From an uncultured Gemmatimonadales bacterium (GTDB lineage: Bacteria > Gemmatimonadota > Gemmatimonadetes > Gemmatimonadales > GWC2-71-9), in the NCBI GenBank assembly GCA_963821525.1, contig CAWGED010000012.1, forward strand, positions 32,001 through 96,000: a stretch of DNA of 64,000 bases. Reading direction: 5' to 3'. This document shows positions 11,369 through 21,607 of this stretch, one piece after another; position 1 is the stretch's first letter; every line of letters starts with the position of its first letter. Position numbers and translations under genes: made by a program. The notes below the pieces were generated by a model, which was given only the letters and a program-made list of their open reading frames with translations, was not told the origin of the DNA and did not search any database.

Positions 11369-12715
11369 CCGACGCATCCACTGATCTTTCACCACCCGGC
11401 CTGGCGCCGAGACGCGCTGCGCTCCGAATCCTGGAGCGGGCAGGACGTGGTCTGCCGCTGGATGCGGCGCTGGAGTTGAGCATGAAGGGGCTGGAAGGGG
11501 CCGATCGCCGGCTGGCCCACGAGCTCGCGGCTGGAGTCCTGCGGCGTCAGACCGAGCTCGATTCCCGGCTGGAACGGCACGTCCCCCGGGGACTCGGATC
11601 GGTTCCGCCCTTGATTCGCGGCGTTCTCCGCCTCGGCGTGTACCAGCTGGATCAGCTGGACCGGGTGCCACCTCACGCCGCCGTCAGCACATCAGTGGAC
11701 CTGGCGCGCGAAGTGGCTGGAGCGAAGGCCGCGGGGTTCGTGAATGCGGTGCTGCGGAGAGCGGGAGAGGCGGGAAACCCTGGGCCTACCGGGAAAACCC
11801 GTCGCCCGTCCGACCCGTCCGCCTCGTCCGTCCTGAACGACCTGTCCACCCGTTTCTCTCATCCAGAATGGCTAGTCGGCCGATGGATCGAGCGATTCGG
11901 CGCGGAAGACACCGAGGCGCTCCTCGCATGGAACAACCAGCGCCCCGTTCTTGTCGTGCAGCCCGGCCGAGAGAGCGAAGCTCAGATCGGTAACCGGTTC
12001 GAGGAGAATCGAATCGAATTCAAGTCTGCGCCCTTCGGTGCCGGGTTGATTGTGGCGGGACGTTCTCCCGCCAATCTGCCGGGATACGCCGAAGGCGCCT
12101 TCATCGTTCAGGATCCGGCCCAGGCTCTGGTAGTACGGTTCGCGGACTTCCCCGCCGACGCCACGGTGTACGACGCCTGTGCCGCCCCGGGCGGCAAGAC
12201 GATCGCCTTGGGCCGTAGCGTCCGTTCGGTGATCGCGGGCGAAGCCCGGCCATCGCGGCTGCCCGCGACTGGCCGAGAATCTCGCTCGTGCCGGATCAGG
12301 GCCTGCATTCATCGTGGCGGCGGACGCGAGTCGCCCTCCGCTCAAGCGATGCGCCGCGGTTCTGCTGGACGCTCCCTGCCTGGGCACCGGTACTTTCGCG
12401 CGGCATCCGGACGCGCGGTGGAAGGTGAATCCTGAAGCACTCGATCGCCTGAGGCGCCGCCAGGCAGATCTGCTTACCGCGTGTGCCGCGCTGATACCGC
12501 CGGGCGGTTTGCTGGTCTACTCTACCTGCTCCCTCGAGCCGGAGGAGAACGCCGAGCAGATCGATCGCTTCCTGGCGCGCTCGCCGGAATTCCGTCGTGA
12601 GCCGCCGGCCGGCATGACTTCCGATCTGCTCTCCGACAAGGGAGACCTCGAGTTGTTCCCTCAGCGGCACGGCATGGACGGGGCCTTTGCAGCCCGCCTC
12701 AGGAGAATCGCCTAA
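11365..12715 (+). CDS. rsmB: 16S rRNA m5C methyltransferase RsmB/Sun (frameshift near 12260)
   Basis: NusB-like N-terminus (FVNAVLR), SHPEW, QD, DACAAPGGKT, DAPC.GTG, YSTCS. Confidence 0.93.
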
Positions 12716-13491
12716 TGCGCTTCCGGCGCCATGAGGGCCAGCCGTTACTCCAGCCGCTGTTTGAGACGATCGCCGGACGCAGACTGGTCCTCCAGGTTGC
12801 CGTCGTCCTTGGCGCGTTCCTTTTCGGTTACCTTCTCACCGTGATCTGGTTGTTCCCGTCCAAGCTGTTCTCGACCGATCACGCGGTGCCGCGGCTCCTC
12901 GACTTGGGCGTCACCGAGGCGAAGTCCCGGCTCACCAAGGCAGGGTTCCGGATGAAGCTGGACCCGGAGATGGCCCATCCCAAGGCGCCCAAGGGAACGG
13001 TGGTCTGGCAGGACCCGCCGCCCGGTGTCGTGTTGCCGCCCAACTCGCCGATCACCCTGGCGTTGAGCAATGGTCCCGCGCCGGTGGCGGTGCCCGATGT
13101 GGTCGGATTCGACGCGAACCTGGCCGTCAGGGTTCTCCAGGCCTCCGGGCTCACGATCGGCGTCACCGACTCGCTGCCCTCGGCGGCAGATCCCGGCGTC
13201 GTGGTCGCGACCCGTCCGGGTGCGGGAGTCGGTCGCGATCCGGGAACCTCGGTTGACGTCGTGGTGAGCCGCGGTCCCGCCGAAATCAGCGTGCCGGGCG
13301 TGATCGGAATGACGACGCAGCAGGCGCGGGAGCGGCTGGAGCTGGCGGGCCTGGCGGTCGGCTCAACATCGTCACGCACTGTCCTGGGAAAGCCGGACGG
13401 CATCGTGGTGGAACAGCAGCCCGCACCGGGTACCTTGAGCTCGCGAGGTGGTAAGGTGGATCTGATCCTCTCACGGAAGGCGTCTCCATGA
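12715..13491 (+). CDS. Membrane-anchored PASTA-repeat protein (about 3 repeats, no kinase domain)
   Basis: One TM then VP.L/V.G...A...L...G repeats with Q.P.PG. Confidence 0.88.
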   Translation: MRFRRHEGQPLLQPLFETIAGRRLVLQVAVVLGAFLFGYLLTVIWLFPSKLFSTDHAVPRLLDLGVTEAKSRLTKAGFRMKLDPEMAHPKAPKGTVVWQDPPPGVVLPPNSPITLALSNGPAPVAVPDVVGFDANLAVRVLQASGLTIGVTDSLPSAADPGVVVATRPGAGVGRDPGTSVDVVVSRGPAEISVPGVIGMTTQQARERLELAGLAVGSTSSRTVLGKPDGIVVEQQPAPGTLSSRGGKVDLILSRKASP

Positions 13492-14153
13492 CGGTGCGGA
13501 TCGCCCCCAGCCTGCTCAGCGCCGACCTCGGCCGGTTGAAGGAAGAGGTCGAGGCCGCATTGGCCGGCGGAGCCGAGTGGCTCCACATCGACGTGATGGA
13601 CGGCCGGTTTGTGCCCAACCTGACCTTCGGCGCACCGATGCTTCGCGCCTTGCGGCAATTCACCGACGCGCCGCTCGACGTGCACCTCATGGTCCAGGAA
13701 CCTGAGCGCTACATCATGGAGTACGCCGATCTGGGCGCCACGGTCTTCACCTTCCATCCCGAGGCGACCGTGCACGTCCAGCGACATCTTGCCCATGTCC
13801 GGGAACGCGGCATGATGGCCGGTCTGGCATTGGTGCCTTCGACACCGCTCGAGGTCGCCGCCGAGGTAGTTGACGATCTCGACCTGCTGCTCATCATGAG
13901 TGTAAATCCCGGATTCGGAGGGCAGTCCTACATCCCGGCGGCGACCGGAAAGATCGAGCGGGCCCGCGCCCTGCTCGACAGCGAAGGTTCCCGTGCCGCG
14001 CTGGAAGTGGATGGTGGGATCACGGTCGAGACCATCGAGACCGTATGGCGCGCCGGAGCCGATACTTTTGTGGCGGGAACCGCGATCTTCGGAACGGGAG
14101 ATCCGGGAGGGGCGGTCCGGGCGTTAAAGAGACGTTGTCTCCAGCAGGTTTAG
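13488..14153 (+). CDS. rpe: Ribulose-phosphate 3-epimerase
   Basis: HIDVMDGRFVPN, DVHLM, MSVNPGFGGQ, VDGG. Confidence 0.97.
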   Translation: MTVRIAPSLLSADLGRLKEEVEAALAGGAEWLHIDVMDGRFVPNLTFGAPMLRALRQFTDAPLDVHLMVQEPERYIMEYADLGATVFTFHPEATVHVQRHLAHVRERGMMAGLALVPSTPLEVAAEVVDDLDLLLIMSVNPGFGGQSYIPAATGKIERARALLDSEGSRAALEVDGGITVETIETVWRAGADTFVAGTAIFGTGDPGGAVRALKRRCLQQV

Positions 14154-14158
14154 GAATC

Positions 14159-14701
14159 GTGAATAGACAATGGTTTTGGGTGGGATCGATCGTTGCAGGG
14201 CTGGGCCTGGCGGTCGGGGCCGTGCTCTGGTTTGGTCCCGATGTCAAAGCGGTCCAGATCGGTGCGGCAGCGCCCGACTTCAAGGTGTACGACCTCCGAA
14301 CCCAGGATAGCGTCAGCTTCCGCCGGCACTACAAGGGGACCGTGACCCTGGTGAACGTCTGGGCCACCTACTGCATCCCCTGCAAGGTCGAGATGCCGGC
14401 GATGCAGGCCCTGTACGACTCGCTGAGCGGGAAGGGCTTCAAGATCGCGGCGGTGAGCGTGGACGTGGTCGGCCCGCAGGAAGTCCGCCAGTTCGCCGAC
14501 GATCTGCACCTCACCTTCGACATCCTGCAGGATCGGGACGGCCAGATCCAGCAGGATTACCAGACCACCGGTGTTCCCGAGAGCTTCCTGGTGAACAAGA
14601 AAGGCGTGATCGTGAAACGCCTCATCGGGGCACAGGACTGGAACTCCCCGGTGAATCGAGCGCTGGTCGCCAGGCTCCTCGCGGAATCTCCGGACTCGTG
14701 A
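14159..14701 (+). CDS. TlpA/ResA family thiol-disulfide oxidoreductase
   Basis: N-terminal TM, NVWATYCIPC, GVPESF. Confidence 0.9.
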   Translation: MNRQWFWVGSIVAGLGLAVGAVLWFGPDVKAVQIGAAAPDFKVYDLRTQDSVSFRRHYKGTVTLVNVWATYCIPCKVEMPAMQALYDSLSGKGFKIAAVSVDVVGPQEVRQFADDLHLTFDILQDRDGQIQQDYQTTGVPESFLVNKKGVIVKRLIGAQDWNSPVNRALVARLLAESPDS

Positions 14702-15373
14702 AGCTCGGCACGCTGGCGAGGAATTGGCCGCTCAAGATCACCTCTCTCCTGCTGGCGGTCATGCTCTGGGTGGTCGCCACCGCGGAGCAGCCGGCCAGCA
14801 GGGTTCTTCCGGTAACGCTGGTTCCCCAGGGACCCGCAGGCCGTTCGTTCACCGGAGATCCCCCGGCAATAACCGCCCTCGTGGTGGGTCCCCGGCGTGA
14901 GCTGCTCAAGCTCACCGGCGCCCACCTCACTCTGACCCGCATCCTTCCCGACACGATCACCGGGCGCGCAGTCACCCTGGATCTGCTGCCTTCGGATGTC
15001 GAGGTGCCGCGAGGCGGTGAAGTCAAAGTGCAGGATATCCAGCCCCGCCAGGTCACCCTTCAGCTCGATCCCGTGGTGTTTCGCTCCGTCCCGGTTCATC
15101 CTGACCTGAGGTTGGAGCTGGACTCGGGAACCAGGCTGATGCGAGCGGTCCAGGTATTTCCGGGAGTGGTACGCCTCACCGGCCCTGCCGACCTGGTGGC
15201 CAGAATGGACTCCGTGAAGACCCTCCCGCTTCGCGTCGAAAAAGTCGAGGGAGTCTTCGAACGCTCGGTGGCGGTTGATACGGAAGGATTCGGCACCGTG
15301 AAGGTTTTCCCGCGCCGAGGTCATGATCAGCTTCGAAGTCCTGCCCGATACCGGCAGGCGAGAGGGTCAGTGA
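14698..15373 (+). CDS. YbbR/CdaR-like protein (apparent frameshift near 15315)
   Basis: NWPLKITSLLLAVMLW; alternative frame ends at TGA 15371-15373, overlapping the tsaD ATG. Confidence 0.75.
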
Positions 15374-16437
15374 TGGCCCAGAACATTCTCGCCTTCGAGA
15401 CGTCCTGTGACGAAACCTCGGCGGCGGTGCTTTCGGTCGAGGGAGACAAGCGGCGCCTCGCCAGCCTCGTCATCCTCTCGCAGGACATCCACCGGATATT
15501 CGGCGGAGTAGTCCCGGAGCTGGCCAGCCGGGCTCACCTCCAGACCATCGGTGACGTCGCCGAGCGGGCGCTGGCTGAAGCCGGGATCACTCAGAATGGC
15601 GTAAACGCCGTTGCGGTGACCGCGGGCCCGGGATTGGTGGGAGCGTTGCTGGTGGGCGTCATGTTCGGAAAGACGATGGCCCTGTCTCTCGACGTCCCGC
15701 TGATCGGCGTTCACCATCTCGAGGGCCATCTCTTCGCGCCGACGCTGGAACAACCCGAATTCGCGCCGCCATTCGTGGCGCTGCTGGTGAGCGGGGGCCA
15801 CACTCTGCTGCTGGAGGTACCGGCGTGGGGAGACTACCGGCTGCTGGGGGGCACGCGAGACGATGCGGCCGGTGAAGCGTTCGACAAGGTGGCCACACTC
15901 CTCGGCCTTGGTTACCCGGGAGGGGCCGCGATCGAGCGGCTCGCGCAATCGGGCAAGGCAGGCCGCTATAACTTTCCGCGGCCTCTCCTGAAGGAACTGG
16001 ACCGCGAGGGGCCGGATCGCTACGCGTTCTCGTTCAGCGGGCTCAAGACCGCCGTGCTTCGCGCGGTGCGGGCCAGCAGGGATCTCGAGGCCGAGCGCGC
16101 GGACATGGCGCGAGGATTTCAGGACGCGATGGTCGAAGTGCTGGCCGCGAAGACGGCCGATGCCGCGGTCAACCTGGGTTACTCTCGGGTGATGCTGGGT
16201 GGCGGTGTCGCCTGCAACCAGGTTCTGGTCGAGCGGGTCCGCTCCATGCTTTCGGGAGACGCCACGGTGGCTGTCGCCTCGAACCGGCTCAACACCGACA
16301 ACGCCGCCATGATCGCCGCGGCGGGCGCCTGGCACCTGAGCCGCGGAGAATCGAGCGGCTGGGACCTCGAGCCCAGAGCCGATCTGCCATTCCCCGGTCT
16401 CACCATTCCCGCTGGCCTCACAGGCGCACCCCGATGA
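15373..16437 (+). CDS. tsaD: tRNA N6-adenosine threonylcarbamoyltransferase
   Basis: ETSCDET, GGVVPELASRAH, HHLEGH, SGGH, GEAFDK, TDNAAMIA. Confidence 0.97.
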   Translation: MAQNILAFETSCDETSAAVLSVEGDKRRLASLVILSQDIHRIFGGVVPELASRAHLQTIGDVAERALAEAGITQNGVNAVAVTAGPGLVGALLVGVMFGKTMALSLDVPLIGVHHLEGHLFAPTLEQPEFAPPFVALLVSGGHTLLLEVPAWGDYRLLGGTRDDAAGEAFDKVATLLGLGYPGGAAIERLAQSGKAGRYNFPRPLLKELDREGPDRYAFSFSGLKTAVLRAVRASRDLEAERADMARGFQDAMVEVLAAKTADAAVNLGYSRVMLGGGVACNQVLVERVRSMLSGDATVAVASNRLNTDNAAMIAAAGAWHLSRGESSGWDLEPRADLPFPGLTIPAGLTGAPR

Positions 16438-17279
16438 ACGTTTATCCCCTCGTCTGGCGCTTCCCGGTGCCGCTCCTCGGCCACATCGAGATCACCGGCT
16501 ACGGGATCATGATGATGGTCGGCTTCCTCATGGGCGGCTGGCTGATCGCGTTGGAGCTGCGGCGCCGCGGGCTCCACGAGGAGTACGCGGCGGACATCAC
16601 CGTCGCGGCGGTGATCGGCGGCATCATCGGCGCCAAGCTCTGGTACTGGGCGATGAACGGCGGAAGCCTCTTCTCGCGCGGTGGCCTGGTGTGGTACGGA
16701 GGGTTTCTGGGCGGAGCGGCGGCGGTGATTCTCAACGGGTGGCGCAAGCGAGTTCCGCTCCGGTGGACCTTCCAGATCGCCGCCCCGTCTCTCGCCGCGG
16801 CCTATGCGCTGGGACGGATCGGCTGCTTCATCGTGAACGACGACTACGGCCGCCCGACCAATCTCCCGTGGGGAGTCAAGTTCCCCCAGGGACTGCCGCC
16901 GTCAACGGCGGAGAACATGACCTCGCTCTTCGGCATCCCGATGCCGCCGGGCACCGATCCCCAGACCGTGCTCGCGGTGCATCCGACGCAGTTGTACGAG
17001 GTCGTCATCATGCTGGCCGTCTTCGCCCTCTTGTGGCGGTGGCGGCTCAAGGACAAACCGGTGGGCTGGCTGTTCGGGGTCTATCTGCTGTTTGCGGGAA
17101 TCGAACGCTTCCTGATAGAAATCCTGCGGGCCAAGGACGATCGCCTCGGTCCGCTGACCGTGGCGCAGGTGGTGAGCATGGTGCTGATCGTGATCGCGGC
17201 CTCGCTCATCGCGAAGTACAGCCACAGTCCCTCGCCTGACCCGGGCCCTTACCTCTCCCAGACCAGGGCACGCGACTGA
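16434..17279 (+). CDS. lgt: Prolipoprotein diacylglyceryl transferase
   Basis: GLVWYGG, GRIGCF, HPTQLYE, RFLIE.LR. Confidence 0.95.
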   Translation: MNVYPLVWRFPVPLLGHIEITGYGIMMMVGFLMGGWLIALELRRRGLHEEYAADITVAAVIGGIIGAKLWYWAMNGGSLFSRGGLVWYGGFLGGAAAVILNGWRKRVPLRWTFQIAAPSLAAAYALGRIGCFIVNDDYGRPTNLPWGVKFPQGLPPSTAENMTSLFGIPMPPGTDPQTVLAVHPTQLYEVVIMLAVFALLWRWRLKDKPVGWLFGVYLLFAGIERFLIEILRAKDDRLGPLTVAQVVSMVLIVIAASLIAKYSHSPSPDPGPYLSQTRARD

Positions 17280-17965
17280 AGTCGCGGCTCGGCAAGGCGT
17301 CGCTTCGCGACGACACGTAATTTTAGTCGCGGCCTTCGCGACGCACGCAACCGGGGACTCGTTGCATTTCTCTGGTCAGGGTCGCGGGAATCTGATCAGC
17401 GAATAGCGCAACTTGGCGTTATTCTCGCCCGTGTTTCCCCAACTCTACGTCCACATAGTCTGGACCACCCGCGACCGCGCCCCGCTCATCGACGCCGCCT
17501 TGGCCCGGTTCCTCAGTCGGATCCTACGCCCCCTGGCCCGCAAGGAGCGGTGCTACATCCTCGAAATTGGGATGGTCCAGACCCACGTGCACCTGCTAAT
17601 CCGGGTGCATCCCACAACGAGTATTGCCCAGCTGCTCAAGCGGCTGAAAGGAGCCAGCTCGGCGCTGGCCACGCAGGAAGGTTATGGGGCGGCGGGTCGT
17701 CTCTACTGGGCAAAGGGGTACAGCGTTCACAGCGTGAGCACCCGTATTCTGGAACGAGTGCGACACTACCTGAGAGGGCAGCCGCAGCACCATCCGGCGG
17801 AGGCAATTGCCGGCTGGGGTGGCGACGAGGCGGCGGAGTACGACGTGGCAAGCGAGGCCGCACGGGCGAGGGAGGCTAACATCGACCCGCCGCCGCATCT
17901 TTGAAGGAGATTCACATCGCACCCGTGGCAGAGCCACGGTCTGCCGAGCCGCGACTTCAGTCGCG
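17271..17965. mobile_element. IS200/IS605-type (or REP-associated) element bounded by 24-bp inverted repeats, each containing a hairpin
   Basis: 17271-17294 cgcgactgaagtcgcggctcggca is the reverse complement of 17942-17965; internal stem cgcgac/gtcgcg. Confidence 0.75.
17431..17904 (+). CDS. tnpA: IS200/IS605 family Y1 HUH transposase
   Basis: YVHIVWTTRDR, HVH (HUH), LKGASS, WAKGY..SVS, catalytic YLRGQ. Confidence 0.92.
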   Translation: MFPQLYVHIVWTTRDRAPLIDAALARFLSRILRPLARKERCYILEIGMVQTHVHLLIRVHPTTSIAQLLKRLKGASSALATQEGYGAAGRLYWAKGYSVHSVSTRILERVRHYLRGQPQHHPAEAIAGWGGDEAAEYDVASEAARAREANIDPPPHL

Positions 17966-17983
17966 ACGACGTAGCCGCGACGC

Positions 17984-20094
17984 CTACCGCCGTGAACTCC
18001 GGCTAGCCAGCAGCTGCTTCAGCCGCTCGACCTCTGCCCGCAACGCGGCCAGATCCGCACCCATGCGCTCGAGCGAGCGCTGCATGTCGAGATCCACTCG
18101 AGATGGCTCGACCGGCACCGGCGACCCCGACGGAGCGCGGTGCCTCCGGCACCATGACGTTCGTGGCCTTCAACCGGCGCGGCTCGATCATGAAGGTCCA
18201 GACCAGTCCGCCGGCGAGCAGCAGGAGCAGCACGCCCTGAAGCGCCAGTGATTCAACCGTGGGATAGATGCCCAAAGCCGGCACTCGCGGTGCCCACTGG
18301 ACGATCGTGGTCCCCACCAGCCCGCCCTCCTGCAGCTCCGCGATGCCCTTCCCTGCAAAGACGAACGCCATGTAGTAGAGGAACGCGCTGGTAAAGGCGA
18401 AGAACGGCTTGAGCGGAATCTTCACGCCATACTTGTTGATCCCGACATAAACCGCCACCAGGATCGACCGAGGCGACCAGGATGCCAAGCACGATGGGAA
18501 TAGGAGAGCTGCCGCCGGTCAGGAAGAGCGCCTTGTAGAACAACACCGTCTCGAAGCCTTCGCGATAGACGGCGAGGAACGCCACCGACGCGAGGGCGAG
18601 GGCGGATCCACTGGTCACCGCGTCCTGCACCCGGCCCCGCACGAAACGATTCCACTTGGCCACTTCCATCTTCGACAAGAGCCAGTAGCTCACGTAGAAC
18701 AGCATCGCCGTCGCGACCATCATGGTCAGGCCTTCCAGCGCCTCGCGGCGAGCGGGGGAGATCTGGAAGATCGTCTCCAACGCCACGGCGGTGAGCAGGC
18801 TGGCCAGGACCGCGGCGCCAATGCCGACGTGAATGTCGCGCTTGCGCTGGACGTTGCCGGTCTTGATCAGGAAGGCCATCACCGCGCCGATCACCAGGAT
18901 CGCCTCGAGTCCTTCTCGGACCAGGATCACCAGCGACTGGAGGAACAGGTTGAAGGGAGACAGCTCGTCTCCGATGACCCGCTCGGCGTTCTCCAGGTCC
19001 GCCATCAGGTGGGCCTGAATACCCTTCAGCTCCTGCGCCGTGGCTCCGCCCGCGGCACGAGTGCGATACGCGGCGAAACCCGCCTCGAGCTGATCGGCCA
19101 GTGCGGCGTTCTTGACCCGCACAGAGTTCTCCACCTGCTCAAACGTCATGTAGGCGTCGAAGGCGGTGCCGCTTGCCGCAGCGACTTGTCCCTGCCCCGC
19201 CAGCATGTGCGCGGAATCGAGCTGGCTGCGAACCCGGGCGAACACCATTGCTGTGGCATCCGCCGAAGCGATGTTGCCCTGGAAGCCGCGTACCGCTGCG
19301 ATCCGGGAGCGTGTAGCAGGTGAAAGTGGATCGGCATTTGGATCCAGTGCAGCGGCGATCTCGCTATCGGTCATCCGGCCGGTCGAGGCGAACTCGCGTA
19401 AGGCGATTGGCACTTCGCCTCGCGGAGCAGGCAACCGGAGCAGGGTCGCGTACACCGCCGTCGCCCAGCGGTCCTCGGGGGTAAGCCGGGTCTCGAAGGC
19501 AGGCATCGCGGTTCCCGCGACCCCGATGGTCACTCGACGATAGAAATCGAGGGGCGAACGGTCGTTGAGCGTGTGGCTGTCGGTGAGGTCGGGCGCGGGC
19601 GGATCGAGTGACACGCCGGCCGGTCCATCTCCGCGTCCAGTCACCCCGTGGCAGCTGGCGCAATTGGTCTGATAGAGCTCGGCGCCGCGGGCGAGAGTCG
19701 GAACCTGGGCGGGAATTTCGTCGAGCGAAACGCCGAGTCTCTGGCTGAGCGTCGCCGTGAGTTCGCGTACCCGGATGTCGATCGAATCAGGGCTCGCGCT
19801 CTGCCGGACCATGCCGAGGATCCGATCCAGTTCGTCACCGGTGGACTTGCTCACTTCGAGCGGCAACCCGGCCGCGGTGCGCCGGGCCTCGGTGAGGAAG
19901 AGCTCGGCCTCCTCGACCTCGGCTCGCGCGATGACCTTTCCGTCCTTCACGCCTTCGCGGTATTCCTGGGCAGCCAGTGCGGCAGTGGCGGCGATGCGGC
20001 GAACGACCGGAGTACGGTCCTCACCCTGAATCGGATCAGGTGCGGGCGAGACGAGAAGCGAGATCGCGAGCGATCCCGCGGCAATGAGAAGCAT
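17984..20094 (-). CDS. Cytochrome c / FTR1 family iron permease (frameshifts near 18465 and 18115)
   Basis: CASCH heme motif; two FTR1 motifs REGLE and REGFE; multiple TM helices. Confidence 0.9.
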
Positions 20095-20099
20095 TCTCA
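20085..20099. promoter_or_regulatory. Candidate Fur box (7-1-7)
   Basis: TGAGAAG-C-ATTCTCA versus consensus TGATAAT-N-ATTATCA, over the start of an iron permease. Confidence 0.6.
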
Positions 20100-20180
20100 A
20101 CCAGTTCTTAGTGTCGCGAGGAAATTAGAGCGAACTAGTCGGGATTGGAAGGGAGGGGAGACGGGGGACGGCAATGCGAA

Positions 20181-21057
20181 TCAAGGCGCCCCGCAAGCTT
20201 CTGCCGCCCTGTTGAAGTTTGGCGTCTCCTCGTATACGCGCGGATGGGCCCTGAACTCGGCGATGTACTTGGGTGCGACGCAGTCTGCATAGGCCTTCAC
20301 CTTGGCCTCCGTGGTGCGGCCGGCTGCCAGAGCGGGCTGCTGATTGTGGGCGATCTTCTCGTGGACGTACCGGCTGAGCCGAGCATCCTCAAGACAGTCG
20401 GTGCAGACAAAATCCGGCGCCATCAGGACGTTGCTGTATCCACCCCAGCCAGTCCCTTCCTCGCGGTTGCTTTCCTTGTACTCTCCGGCGTGCGCGACTC
20501 GGAACTGAAACACCAGACGCGCGAAGCACTCACAGTCGAAAATCTGGTGAAGCAGGATATTGGTCTCGCAATACCCTTTCGAGCTCGGTAGTTCATCCTT
20601 TGCCTTTTGCAGCCAGGGATCCTTGAGATTGCCGGGATTGAGGCTGGCGGTGACCGCCGGCGCGGCCGCTTGTGCCGGAGCAGGCTCCGCCGGGGCCGGC
20701 GGCGTGTACGCGAAGGTCACCGGCGTAATCTCGCCGTTCTGTGCCTGCTTGATCACCGCAGCCCGCTTGCCGTCCCTCGTTGCGGCCGTAAGGTCTACGG
20801 CAGCATTGGCCGTCATGGGCGGAATATCCGTACTGCTTCTTGACGAAGGCGTTGAACTCGGCCTCGACCTTCGCGGTACTCGGCTCGCTGGTCTCGAACG
20901 GCGCGCTGATATAGACGAGCTGCTTGGTCGGTGGTGTCCAGCAGAAGGCGTATCGTGGCTGGGCTGGCCCCGATTGCTGGGCCAAGGCAGGGTGTCCGAC
21001 CAGGGTACTGACCGTAATCACGCCGACGACGGAGACGAGGGGAACGCCATGTGACAC
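20181..21057 (-). CDS. Secreted Cys-rich hypothetical protein (frameshift near 20800)
   Basis: Strong SD aaggaggag, signal peptide ending ALA-Q, Pro/Ala linker, CEC, CTDC and other Cys. Confidence 0.65.
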
Positions 21058-21200
21058 AAGCTCCTCCTTAGTGCGGAGGTCAATGGGACGGATCTAAAAG
21101 GTATTTCTGGCGAGGAGCGGGTCAACGGCGCCCGCGCGTGGAGCGGCCCGCGTCGGATCGATCGGAGTTTGTTGGGCGTCCACACGTCACGTAGGCAGCG

Positions 21201-21304
21201 GCCTAACGCCCGCGCTTCACCTGCGGGCGAGGAGTATACGAGTCCACAAGGGCACAGCTTCATTTAAGGATTTGGCGCCCGTCAGGTGCAAGCGCTGGTT
21301 AGGC
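21201..21304 (-). mobile_element. Integron attC site (104 bp)
   Basis: Minus strand GCCTAAC (R'') CAG CGCTTgCACCTGaCGGGCG...CGCCCGCAGGTGAAGCG CGGGC GTTAGGC (R'); two extrahelical bases on the proximal arm. Confidence 0.88.
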
Positions 21305-21607
21305 GGTGCCAGCGTCGGGGACCGCAATGTTTTCGAACTGGAGTAGGGTACCTGGTGGAAGCGCCAAATGAAGTTCACTAAGTGAGGGGCGCTCCCGAAA
21401 GACGAGTCCCAACGCGCTGGCCCCCCCATCCGGCGCATGCATCGGTACGACCGCCGCGAGGGTGAGGACACGCGGTCGCCCGGCGTCCAGCACCAGCGGT
21501 GTCGTCTGTTGTCCGATGCGGACGGTGCCCTGACGCAGGTACCCGATGGCAACTGCCCCTTGGCCCTTCACATTGACCACATTGCGTACCTCGACCCCTG
21601 CTTTCAT
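21299..21607 (-). CDS. Integron cassette ORF, hypothetical 102-aa beta-rich protein
   Basis: SD gagggagg; stop TAA lies inside the attC R'' box; GTTAGAC core site at 21684-21678 upstream. Confidence 0.7.
   Translation of the reverse strand: MKAGVEVRNVVNVKGQGAVAIGYLRQGTVRIGQQTTPLVLDAGRPRVLTLAAVVPMHAPDGGASALGLVFRERPSLSELHLALPPGTLLQFENIAVPDAGTA

Noticed and set aside
14698..16437. Apparent CdaR-TsaD fusion (579 aa)
   Set aside because: An alternative frame ends at TGATG exactly on the tsaD start; a periplasmic domain fused to cytoplasmic TsaD is topologically implausible.
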